From positions 1-35,645 of the forward strand of contig JAJRWI010000040.1 in the NCBI GenBank assembly GCA_024276825.1: a stretch of DNA of 35,645 nucleotides. Reading direction: 5' to 3'. Made by a program: the position numbers and the translations under genes. The DNA comes from an archaeon (GTDB lineage Archaea; Asgardarchaeota; Thorarchaeia; Thorarchaeales; Thorarchaeaceae). Below the pieces are notes generated by a model. It did no database searches. It saw only the letters and a program-made list of their open reading frames with translations, and had not been told where the DNA came from. Below are positions 8,694 through 17,758 of the stretch, one piece after another (positions within the stretch are counted from its first letter, which is position 1; every line of letters begins with the position of its first letter).

Positions 8694-9638
8694 TTAAGTC
8701 CTTCTGGCAAGTGATGCAATAATTCGCCTGAGCTCATTTATCTCCTCTTGCAATCGTGCATAGTAGATGTTTGCTATCCTATCAGCCTCCTTGTTAATTG
8801 CCTTAAAGCAAGGAATACAAGCAGTGATCTTGTTCTCATGAACCATTCGGAGATCCTCATTATTCTCTCTTAGCAGATTAACAAAATACTCACTGACTTC
8901 AGACTCCATCCAGACCAAGTGGCTTGAACCTTGAATTCTTCGACCACAGAACCAGCATGTTCGTATAGCCCTAAGACCCATCAACATTCTTCTATATACA
9001 ACTTCATCATCAAAGAGGCGAGCCGCTCGTAGCGCTCGTACAGCAATCATAAAGTGAGGGATTGCACCTGATGGGTTTGGGTCTGCTAGTTTAGTGCCCT
9101 CAATTATCTGTGCTCTTGCCTCACATTCTAATGCCGCACGGGTTCCTGTCACTCGTCTTTTTAGGGGCTTCATATATCTGGAGTAGAACAAGAACTCATC
9201 ACTAATTGTGAGAAACAGTTCTGCAGCATCCCTTACCATTTTTGCAGACTTTGACTCCATGCCCTCATACATCAGATGAATTGCATAGATTTCATTAAAG
9301 ATGCGAGTTGTGGTGAAAACTCCAAAGCCAGAGCCCAGTAATGAAACAGTGACTTCAACCTCCTCCATTTCACCTCTTAATTTTAGAAACTCTCTTACCA
9401 CTCCTGTTCGATGAGGGTCTCTTTGTGAAACAATAGTGTCATTAATGTCATAGAGATGGGCTAGGAATTTCATGCCAAAATGCAAATCTGGTTTCACAGC
9501 CTTTGCCCAATTTGCTAACTTTCGATATTTTCTTGCTGCTTTTCCGAACAGTCTGATTCTTGCTGTATTTTCTGCGTCCTCCAGTTCTTCAGAAAATTTC
9601 CTGAGTTCCTTCTGCGACATTTTCCCCAACCTTAACAT
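8694..9638 (-). CDS. Hypothetical alpha-helical protein with C-terminal zinc finger and coiled coil
   Basis: Ala-rich TPR/SNAP-like helices, CWFCG...CIPC, terminal LQEEINELRRIIASL; AGGAG upstream of the start. Confidence 0.8.
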   Translation of the reverse strand: MLRLGKMSQKELRKFSEELEDAENTARIRLFGKAARKYRKLANWAKAVKPDLHFGMKFLAHLYDINDTIVSQRDPHRTGVVREFLKLRGEMEEVEVTVSLLGSGFGVFTTTRIFNEIYAIHLMYEGMESKSAKMVRDAAELFLTISDEFLFYSRYMKPLKRRVTGTRAALECEARAQIIEGTKLADPNPSGAIPHFMIAVRALRAARLFDDEVVYRRMLMGLRAIRTCWFCGRRIQGSSHLVWMESEVSEYFVNLLRENNEDLRMVHENKITACIPCFKAINKEADRIANIYYARLQEEINELRRIIASLARRT

Positions 9639-9745
9639 CTGACTCCTAAGATGAATGGAATTATAATTTATCTTCTATTTGAACTTAATCTTGACTTGAA
9701 AGAATATATTTTTCTATATATTTTGACCTTTGTCACTTGATTTCA

Positions 9746-10177
9746 ATGGCTGAAGTACAAGACCGAATCTTGAATCTCATCAATGATGGCATTTTGAGTT
9801 CAATAGAATTGATAAGTGAAAAAGTGGGCGTTTCTCCAGAAGAAACAGTTGAGATTATCGAAGAATTAATCAGAACTGGTAAATTGGAAGGTCATTTTTC
9901 GGAGGATCAGAAACGGTTTTTTAAGGCGGAAGTCAAATTATCTGATGCTCCTGCCGTACCACGTGAGGTGAAAGAACCCGACTTTATTCACTATGACACA
10001 CGCCCTGGCAAGATCCTCATCTTGATCGGTTTCATGGTCCTAATTATTGGCGGCATTGGATTCTTTATGTTCTATGATGATGTCATCGCCCAAGAGAGAT
10101 TCAGTATAATCTCCTTATTTGGAGTGATTATAATGATGGCAGGAGGCTATCAAATTGGTTCTCGAAAGACTCCTTGA
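9746..10177 (+). CDS. PCI-like winged-helix protein with two C-terminal TM helices
   Basis: IELISEKVGVSPEETVEIIEELIRTGKLEGHFS resembles the PCI winged-helix consensus and is followed by two hydrophobic helices. ATG 9746 preferred over TTG 9737. Confidence 0.65.
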   Translation: MAEVQDRILNLINDGILSSIELISEKVGVSPEETVEIIEELIRTGKLEGHFSEDQKRFFKAEVKLSDAPAVPREVKEPDFIHYDTRPGKILILIGFMVLIIGGIGFFMFYDDVIAQERFSIISLFGVIIMMAGGYQIGSRKTP

Positions 10178-10294
10178 AGTAATAAGCGGTCATTAACTCT
10201 TTCAATTCAGATTCTTGGGCTAATGGATGTCTAATGATATTGGCACAATCACACCCCTTAAGTATAGGTTCATTCGCGGCAAAGACGATTTGCA

Positions 10295-11272
10295 ATGCAG
10301 GACATACTAATTGAAGTAATGCCATTGATTATCTATGCAATTCTTGTTGGCACAGTGTCATCAATGATCGGCATTGGTGGTGGGACATTGAATATTCCCC
10401 TGCTGATAATTGTCTTTGGATTCAGCGCTCAAGAATCCTCCTCTACATCATTAGTAGCAACTCTATTTGCTGCAACCGCCAGTACCTATGTCTACAATAG
10501 ACAAAATCCAAGACCTATCATCAACCGTGTCGGTCTCATGATGGCTGCTGCAACGATTCCTGGGTCATTGGTCGGCATTTCCCTGCGTGAGTTTATTGCT
10601 GGTGTTCCAGCTGGAGATTTAGCGCTACGTCTTATTTTTGGCATACTTCTATTTCCTGTGGCACTAATGATGCTATTCGCCAAAAAGAAGCCTAAGGGCG
10701 ATCTCGCCTCACAATTAGAGGCTTTTGATATTGCTGATGTTCCAATCAAGCGCATTGCAATGGCCTTAATCGGAGGTCTGCTTGGAGGAATGGCTGCTGG
10801 GCTTTTAGGAATTGGCGGTGGCTCCATTATTGTGCCTGTGTTATGCATTATCGTGGGTCTGCCAATGCATGCTGCCGTGGCAACCTCAATGTTTACTATG
10901 ATCTTCACAGCTAGCGCTGGGACTTTTCGTAATTTCATCGGTGGGCATATAATGCCTGAATATGCACTCGCACTGGGTGTGGGTATGCTTGTTGGTGCTC
11001 AGATGGGTTCCCGATTGGCTTGTAGAGTGAATGCTGTACAACTCAAGCGCGTGTTTGGTCTCGTGCTAGTGTTCCCACTTGTTAAAATGATGAGATTGGG
11101 GCAGTTATGGCTGGATCCATTGGGCACAAATTATCTCTTGGCATTGACCGGCGATATCTTGATCTGGCTTGGCATTGTCGTTCCTATAGGATTGTATCGA
11201 TTCTATATGATCAAGCGGAATAATCAATTACAAGTCGAGCCAGCTTGTGAACCAGACATTAATTCTGATTAG
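10295..11272 (+). CDS. Sulfite exporter TauE/SafE family membrane protein
   Basis: Duplicated GIGGG motifs (MIGIGGGTLNIP; LLGIGGGSIIVP), AVATS and multiple TM helices. Confidence 0.92.
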   Translation: MQDILIEVMPLIIYAILVGTVSSMIGIGGGTLNIPLLIIVFGFSAQESSSTSLVATLFAATASTYVYNRQNPRPIINRVGLMMAAATIPGSLVGISLREFIAGVPAGDLALRLIFGILLFPVALMMLFAKKKPKGDLASQLEAFDIADVPIKRIAMALIGGLLGGMAAGLLGIGGGSIIVPVLCIIVGLPMHAAVATSMFTMIFTASAGTFRNFIGGHIMPEYALALGVGMLVGAQMGSRLACRVNAVQLKRVFGLVLVFPLVKMMRLGQLWLDPLGTNYLLALTGDILIWLGIVVPIGLYRFYMIKRNNQLQVEPACEPDINSD

Positions 11273-11380
11273 TCATATAATTCTATATTTATATATTGCA
11301 ATGACTCGATAACATCCAGACCCCGTTAATCAACGCGAAGATTGAATAATCCCTATTTCATTTCAATAAGGGGATATGAA

Positions 11381-12148
11381 GTGAACAATTACAATCTATC
11401 AGGCAAAGTCGCTGTAATAACAGGAGCATCTGATGGTCTTGGTGAGCAGTTTGCCCTTGCATTGTCAGAATCGGGTGCAAATGTTATCTTGGGATCCAGA
11501 AGAATTGAGAAGCTCATTGAAATCGCAGAACGAATAGAAACAGAATTCAAGGTGCGAGCAATACCCGTAAAAACTGATGTAATGAATGAGAATGAAATCT
11601 GCACCTTGGTTCAGCAGTCCAAAGCTGAATTTGACAGACTTGATATTATGATCAATAATGTGGGGAATTATCTCTCGAAACCTCTTATTGAACAAAGCCT
11701 TGAAGATTGGGATTATGTATTACGACTTAATCTCACATCCGCCTTTCTTGGATCTAGAGAAGCTGCCAAGATTATGATTCCCCAGCAATCGGGCGTAATT
11801 ATCAACATGAGTTCAGTCTTTGGATTCAGCACAACCCGCTTTCCAGTGTGCAGCTATTATGCTGCGAAAGCTGGGGTCATAGGTCTCACAAAAGCTCTGG
11901 CTGTTGAACTAGGACCCTACAACATCAGAGTTAATGCAATAGCACCAGGATTCTTTCCAACTAAACAATCAATTGATGCTATGACCGATGAGGTCATTAG
12001 AAGCACTGTTATTGAACCACGTACCGCATTGCCATTTCTGGCAAAAAAGGAATGGATTCGTGGCGCTGTTTGTTTTTTGGCAAGTGATGATGCGAAATAC
12101 ATTACGGGCCATGTTCTAAGTGTTGATGGTGGTTGGTCCGCCTTTTAG
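11381..12148 (+). CDS. SDR-family NAD(P)-dependent oxidoreductase
   Basis: TGASDGLG, NNVG, catalytic YYAAK, IRVNAIAPG and VDGG. GTG 11381 follows AAGGGGA. Confidence 0.93.
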   Translation: MNNYNLSGKVAVITGASDGLGEQFALALSESGANVILGSRRIEKLIEIAERIETEFKVRAIPVKTDVMNENEICTLVQQSKAEFDRLDIMINNVGNYLSKPLIEQSLEDWDYVLRLNLTSAFLGSREAAKIMIPQQSGVIINMSSVFGFSTTRFPVCSYYAAKAGVIGLTKALAVELGPYNIRVNAIAPGFFPTKQSIDAMTDEVIRSTVIEPRTALPFLAKKEWIRGAVCFLASDDAKYITGHVLSVDGGWSAF

Positions 12149-12275
12149 TAGATTCCAGATTGCCTTGAATTTAGAAATGTTTTAATTACGGAAAAAATAA
12201 TACATCACAATCAAAAACACCTCTATGAAACCTATTCAAGCCAAATAATGCGCACGAATATAGGGGGTTTAATCG

Positions 12276-12791
12276 ATTACTAGTGAATATGCAAAAATAT
12301 CTTTGGTTGGTGCTGGCGGTGTTGGGAAGACCGCCATTGCAACAAGGATTCTAACGGGGAAATACCTTGAAACCAAAATGACAGTTGGACTAAACATTCA
12401 ATCATGGATAATGACCGATTCTGAAACCGGCCAAACCTATAAAACGGCCACATTTGATCTGGGGGGCCAGACTCGATTCAAGTTCCTGCATCGGTCAATG
12501 GTTTCAGGATCACATGTTATGCTATTGGTCTTTGATGTTTCTCGTTATGAGTCTCTTATAGAGCTAGAAGATTGGAGCGATATCATTTTTAATGATGATG
12601 GTCCGGCTTGTTTGCTTGTGGGTAACAAACTTGATTTGGGTCTCTCATTCGCTGAAGATGAAGTCAAAGCAAGGGCTGAAGAGCTCAATATACCCTACAT
12701 ATTGCTAAGCGCAAAGACTGGTGAGAACTTCGATCAATTTCAATCTATTCTTATTGAGAGAATTAGGAACGGTATGTCCAGAAAGAAATGA
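12276..12791 (+). CDS. Ras-superfamily small GTPase (Rab-like), probable ATT start
   Basis: G1 GAGGVGKT, G2 MTVG, G3 DLGGQ, G4 NKLD, G5 SAK; no C-terminal Cys. The beta-1 strand (AKISLVG) begins upstream of the track start at 12303. Confidence 0.92.
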   Translation: MTSEYAKISLVGAGGVGKTAIATRILTGKYLETKMTVGLNIQSWIMTDSETGQTYKTATFDLGGQTRFKFLHRSMVSGSHVMLLVFDVSRYESLIELEDWSDIIFNDDGPACLLVGNKLDLGLSFAEDEVKARAEELNIPYILLSAKTGENFDQFQSILIERIRNGMSRKK

Positions 12792-13255
12792 AGGAGAAAA
12801 CGAAAGTGGTGGAAGTATCCTTTGTATGTCCCGTATGTCAAGAAAGAAAGCAAGTAAACATTGACCAAGATCAGGTCCTTAATGCGCCGCGAAACCCTGT
12901 TCCTATCGTCATTACGCATGGTTCGCCTGAACATGCTGTTACAATCTTTATTGATATTGACTTCAATATTAGAGCAGTGAGCGCTTCTGATATTGTGCAG
13001 CGACTGGATGATACAGCCATTGTGTCTTTTCGGCTTCAAAAGAAAACAGTCCCTTTCCCCAAAAAGAAGCAAGTTTCACTGTCTGGTCTGTCTGGCATTC
13101 AGTGTGCACTCATTGCACTTATTGATGGCAAACGTAGTATTGATGAGTTGGCGGAAGCGCTCGATATTTCCACTATGAAGGTCAAAATATTATGTGAACA
13201 ACTAGTCAAAATGAGTAAAATAGAATCAGTAAAAGTGGTGATAGAAGAAAAATGA
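12788..13255 (+). CDS. Putative Zn-binding (CxxC...HxxxxH) domain plus winged-helix protein
   Basis: CPVC...HGSPEH...IFID, then LIALIDGKRSIDELAEALDISTMKVKILCEQLVKMSKI. ATGA overlap with the GTPase gene. Confidence 0.8.
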   Translation: MKEKTKVVEVSFVCPVCQERKQVNIDQDQVLNAPRNPVPIVITHGSPEHAVTIFIDIDFNIRAVSASDIVQRLDDTAIVSFRLQKKTVPFPKKKQVSLSGLSGIQCALIALIDGKRSIDELAEALDISTMKVKILCEQLVKMSKIESVKVVIEEK

Positions 13256-13863
13256 AGAATTGGTTGATAATACAGGCTTCAAAACTTAAAAAGATGGCTG
13301 GCGAAAAAGTACTTGTGCTCACTCTAACAAAACTTAATCAACTTCTCGTCGAGAGTTTGGTTGAGAGAGTCGGACCCAAAGAAGGCCTGAAGATTGCTTT
13401 TGAAGGTGGCCTTTCACTTGGACACGAGTTTATGTTAGAACTTGAATCCCACCTTGAAACAGATATTGCTCGCGTGCCTGCCTATGGTGAGGCAGCTTGG
13501 ATTCTGTTCTCGGGGCATTCTCCCACCAAACAGGAATTTCGAAAATTCGATGTTGATGGGATCGAAATTCATGAGTACAAATTCACTGACAAGGATTGTC
13601 CATGGTGCAGAAACATCAGTTTTCCCCATAAATTCTGCCAGTTCCCTGCAGGTGCATTTCAAGGAGCTGCTCAGACATGGTCAGCCCTTACAAGAAATGG
13701 TGAGTTCAATCTTGTTTGTCGTGAAACTAAATGCATAGCGGTGGGCGATGAATACTGCGAATGGACAATGATATTCATTCCCAAAGGAACTTCCCTATCA
13801 TTCATTCAGGAGCATTTCCCTGAGCTATTTGAGGATGTAGATTCAGGTTTTGTTGAATACTAA
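13252..13863 (+). CDS. V4R-domain protein (HNOX/Bet3-TRAPPC3 fold family)
   Basis: CPWC...FCQFPAGAFQG...CRETKCIAVGDEYCEW V4R signature. ATGA overlap with the upstream gene; GTGGTGA RBS. Confidence 0.88.
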   Translation: MKNWLIIQASKLKKMAGEKVLVLTLTKLNQLLVESLVERVGPKEGLKIAFEGGLSLGHEFMLELESHLETDIARVPAYGEAAWILFSGHSPTKQEFRKFDVDGIEIHEYKFTDKDCPWCRNISFPHKFCQFPAGAFQGAAQTWSALTRNGEFNLVCRETKCIAVGDEYCEWTMIFIPKGTSLSFIQEHFPELFEDVDSGFVEY

Positions 13864-15050
13864 CTCCTAAGTGATTTTATCAACGAAACCGGTGCTCGCT
13901 TAAGAACAACATTTCGCGTCTTCTTGTAGCTCTCAAGACCAAATACCATTTTTCCAACATGAACCCTTGTTTCCTTATCAGCGGCAAGTAGTCTCACAAA
14001 GGTTTCCATACGAAAATTGGACTTGTAAACAAAATCAGCAATCCAGAGTCCGTATTTGATCATATCCTTTCCAAAATCACTCATCCATTTCTGTCTGTAG
14101 TTATTTGTGAGATTATCTGCTTCTTCATCAATAGCCTCACTGATGGCTTCAGCTGCGAAACGTCCTGATGCAGTGCCATAGTATAGCCCCTCGCCTGTAA
14201 CTGGCGAAACAAAGCCTCCTGCATCACCCACTACTAGCATGTTGTCAATGCCAATTGGATCAAATGGCTTCTTGAATGGCACTGGATGAGCAACCCTAGA
14301 TGAAAGATCAATATCCTCAGGGATTAATTGCATCTCTTTCAATTGTCTTGCGAATCTGTCAAACACTTGAAACTGAGTTTCATTAGGCTTGCTGGAATTT
14401 CCAAAGCCAATTCCAATATTGATAAAGCCCTTCTTTGGAAAGAGCCAACCATATCCTCTGGGAACAACCCCAAAAAATAGGCTTGGTTTTCGACCTTCTC
14501 CCAAATTCTCAATAATCCACTGGTCATCATGTTCCACTTCTACACAGACAGTCCTTGCCATGTGATCATATGGCTGAGTGAATCCGAATTTTGTCTTATA
14601 GCTCCTATTGCCAGTTCCATCAGCAATTACTACAAAACGGGACTTGATCTCTTTACCATCTTTGAGTCTAACAATGGCACTCTCATCTTTCTTGACAATA
14701 TCAACAACCATATTGGTGATTGATTCCGCCCCTGCGTCGACAGCATCCAGAAATAGCTGATGATCCCACTCCTTCCTGATGATCATCCTAAGACTCTCTT
14801 TTTGCGTAAATTCGGCCAGTCTTAATTTGGGCGAATACAAACATAGACCGTCCACTGTGCAACTATAATTCCGTTTTCCCTTTGGTCCTAGATTAGCAAG
14901 TGTGCGCAATGACAGAGCGCCGCCACATGATTTGAACCTTGGAAACTCTTTCTTATCAATCAACATCACAGCAAGTCCATTTTTGGCTGCATGATAGGCG
15001 CAGACACTTCCTGCTGGTCCAGCACCAACTATAATTAGGTCCTTCATCAT
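13860..15050 (-). CDS. Geranylgeranyl reductase family FAD-dependent oxidoreductase
   Basis: IIVGAGPAGS, FPRFKSCGG, IADG, GYGWLFPK and GDAGGFVSPVTGEGLYYG. Start is ATG 15050 or 15047, or TTG 15062. Confidence 0.92.
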   Translation of the reverse strand: MMKDLIIVGAGPAGSVCAYHAAKNGLAVMLIDKKEFPRFKSCGGALSLRTLANLGPKGKRNYSCTVDGLCLYSPKLRLAEFTQKESLRMIIRKEWDHQLFLDAVDAGAESITNMVVDIVKKDESAIVRLKDGKEIKSRFVVIADGTGNRSYKTKFGFTQPYDHMARTVCVEVEHDDQWIIENLGEGRKPSLFFGVVPRGYGWLFPKKGFINIGIGFGNSSKPNETQFQVFDRFARQLKEMQLIPEDIDLSSRVAHPVPFKKPFDPIGIDNMLVVGDAGGFVSPVTGEGLYYGTASGRFAAEAISEAIDEEADNLTNNYRQKWMSDFGKDMIKYGLWIADFVYKSNFRMETFVRLLAADKETRVHVGKMVFGLESYKKTRNVVLKRAPVSLIKSLRS

Positions 15051-15236
15051 TGCACTTTCCAATTTGCGCTTTGCATTTCAATAGCAATAGCGGTAAATAA
15101 CAATAGTGCTTCACAAGACAAGTTCGAAATGATTCAACAATCGCTGAAGATATATTTACAGTTATTTCACCAAAAAAGAGGTTATGGACAAAGACAAGGT
15201 CTTTGTCCGATCTGAATATCGAGTCTATTAGGACTC

Positions 15237-16604
15237 TTACAACTCTGCTTCCTCGACACCTGTTATTCCTGGTCCCTCTCGAAGTTTCTGAATGTCTGGA
15301 TCGATATCGATGTATCTCAAAATGAATGCTGCAACCAGCAAGAATGGTGCAAAGAGCGGACCCCACCAAAGATATCCCCAGACATCTCCGCCCATTACAT
15401 TTCTAGAATAGTCCATTAGGAATCCCAACAATAAGGAGCCAGCAGCTTGAAAGAGGTTTAGTGGAACGCCAATAAAGCCAGTGTACATTCCTGCGCGGCT
15501 ATGACCGGTGACTATCTCATCAACCTCAGCAATGTCAGCAGGCACAATATAACTCATGATATAATATACCGCCATACCTGCTGCAAGGGGAATAAAGAAT
15601 AGTATTGCTGCATTGACATTAGACATGAATGTTGCGAGTTGTGGAATCAATGGTGTGAGTGGCAGTAGTATTGCCAAGTAGACCAATGAAAACATCATTG
15701 TCTTCTTTTTGCCAAATCTCTTGATTGATTTGATCCATATGAACAGAAAGACCATTATTGATACCAGTAGTGCCAGTGCTGGAGGCAATACTTGCCCGAT
15801 TGTGTTAAGACCCAATGCAATCTGGGCGAAGCCAACTATCTGTGCAGTTATTGCTGAGAATGTAAATGATAAGAAGCCAACAGTCATAAACCAACCAACA
15901 AATGTCTTGTTCTTTAACACAATTGCAGTTTCGTCGTACAGGCTTCTTGGGGGAATTACAATGTCTGGCTTTTCTTTTATCAAAAGAATAGATGGTAAAT
16001 AGAAGATTATTATAAACAGACTGAATATCGCAATTATCGTTTGGCCCATACTACTAAGCACTTGGGGTGTTCCAACAAACAATAATGGTGTTATGAATCC
16101 AAAGGTCACCCCAAGACCATTAGCAATCCAGTTTGCTGTGTTTTGCATGCTAGAAACAAGTGGTCTCTCATCTTCATCAGTGATCTCAGGCAGCCAAGCC
16201 TGAAATGCAGTGAGTAGAAATGCATAGAAGAACTTGAACGAACTCAAGAAGAACAAATAGTACAAAAACACCTGCATCTCAATTCCTGATGCGGCAATAT
16301 CAAAGAACCTGTCTGGAATGAAAAGCAAATAGCCAGTGATTGCCAGACCAGGCGCTCCCACCATCACAAATGGCTTTCTTCTGCCAAATCTCGAGTTGAA
16401 CCCATCGCTGATATACCCAGTCAACCAATGTGTCAAGCCAATCACGACATATGAGGTTGCTAGCGATATCCCCGCGAGAATCCAATTTAGCTCGAAGATG
16501 GTGCCATAAACAAGAAAGCTGGTCAAACCTGTTAATGTAAGCATCGCTGATGAGCCAAATCTGCCCATACCATACGCAATCTTTTTGTATAATGGCAGTT
16601 TCAT
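15237..16604 (-). CDS. MFS transporter (GPH/MFS_2, MelB-like)
   Basis: KIAYGMG, GYISDGFNSRFGRRKPF, KRFGKKKT, ADIAEVDE...RAGMYTG; about 12 TM helices. Confidence 0.92.
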   Translation of the reverse strand: MKLPLYKKIAYGMGRFGSSAMLTLTGLTSFLVYGTIFELNWILAGISLATSYVVIGLTHWLTGYISDGFNSRFGRRKPFVMVGAPGLAITGYLLFIPDRFFDIAASGIEMQVFLYYLFFLSSFKFFYAFLLTAFQAWLPEITDEDERPLVSSMQNTANWIANGLGVTFGFITPLLFVGTPQVLSSMGQTIIAIFSLFIIIFYLPSILLIKEKPDIVIPPRSLYDETAIVLKNKTFVGWFMTVGFLSFTFSAITAQIVGFAQIALGLNTIGQVLPPALALLVSIMVFLFIWIKSIKRFGKKKTMMFSLVYLAILLPLTPLIPQLATFMSNVNAAILFFIPLAAGMAVYYIMSYIVPADIAEVDEIVTGHSRAGMYTGFIGVPLNLFQAAGSLLLGFLMDYSRNVMGGDVWGYLWWGPLFAPFLLVAAFILRYIDIDPDIQKLREGPGITGVEEAEL

Positions 16605-16678
16605 AATGTTCTCTCCCTAATTGAATACGTCATATACTGTCTACAACGGTGAGATTTAAGCTTCATGAATTTCAAGAT

Positions 16679-17749
16679 TCAGTGAAAAGTCCATTTTCTC
16701 TGTGAAATCACAGGCAGTGTGATTCTGAATCTTGCCCCAGTTGTTGTAGGCAAAAGTTCTATTGTTCCTCCAAGGTATTCGATTACTCTTCTTGAAAGAT
16801 ATAGGCCCCTTCCTCCATCAGTTGTGGATGTGCCATATTCAAACAATTTGTCTTTTATATGTGATACAACTCCTGGACCATTATCTTGAATGTCTATTAG
16901 CACTCTATCTTTGCCCCTACTGATTATGATCTCCACCTCTGCCGCCTTACTTGCATGTTTGATAATATTGCTTAGCAAATTATTGAACACAAAAATCAGC
17001 ATCTTGGAACCAGAAGGTAGCTGGAAGTCCGCAGAGTTCTTGCAAATTATTTTGATTCTCATTTTTGGAAAAACGCTCATGTACGAGTCAGTAAGCTCCT
17101 TCACCAAATTCAAAAAGTTCATTGGCCTGTCTGGATCATGCTCTTTAAACAGATTCAAGAGTATTGCCATTCGTTTTGCAACTGCAAAACAGAGATCAAT
17201 TGAGTTCATGTTCAAATTCTGAGGATCTTGTGATATTAGATCCAGCCTTCCCAGTAAAAGTTGAAGATCATTTATTGCATCATGACTTATTGCAAGTGAG
17301 CTTATTTCCAGCTGCAATTTGAACTCATTAATCTGATTTTTTAAATCGCGGTTTTCTCGCAACAGTTTTCTCTTTGTTGCTGTTGTTTCCACAACCAGAA
17401 GGATCTCTTCCATCACTATTGGCTTTTTAATAACTCCCGATATGTCTTCTCGAATTACCAATTCAGTCCTATGTACAGAGCTCTCAGGCATTATCATGAA
17501 TACATCTGGATTTTCATCCTTCTTTTTTATCTCATCAATCAAAATGACTCCATCCATATCTGGCAAGTCGTGATCAACAAAGGCAATATCCAAGATATGA
17601 TTCTTTATTTGTTCAATCGCTGAATGTCCAGTAAGAGCTGAACAGGCCTTATGTCCGAGATTCTGTACTATCATCTCAAGACTTCTACATACACTCTCAT
17701 TATCATCAACTATCAAAACATTGCAACAATAATTGGAGTTGGGAGTCAT
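16679..17749 (-). CDS. Hybrid sensor kinase, REC-HisKA-HATPase
   Basis: VLIVDDN...FVDHDLPDMDG...KKP receiver; H-box SHDAIND; N box NLLSNIIKH; G boxes DNGPG and GGRGLY. Confidence 0.9.
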   Translation of the reverse strand: MTPNSNYCCNVLIVDDNESVCRSLEMIVQNLGHKACSALTGHSAIEQIKNHILDIAFVDHDLPDMDGVILIDEIKKKDENPDVFMIMPESSVHRTELVIREDISGVIKKPIVMEEILLVVETTATKRKLLRENRDLKNQINEFKLQLEISSLAISHDAINDLQLLLGRLDLISQDPQNLNMNSIDLCFAVAKRMAILLNLFKEHDPDRPMNFLNLVKELTDSYMSVFPKMRIKIICKNSADFQLPSGSKMLIFVFNNLLSNIIKHASKAAEVEIIISRGKDRVLIDIQDNGPGVVSHIKDKLFEYGTSTTDGGRGLYLSRRVIEYLGGTIELLPTTTGARFRITLPVISQRKWTFH

Positions 17750-17758
17750 AATTAGAAA

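Noticed and set aside
8681-8737. 43-nt overlap between the two Zn-finger genes implied by the track start at 8737
   Set aside because: A better start (ATG 8680) with GGAGG follows the upstream stop, which removes the overlap.
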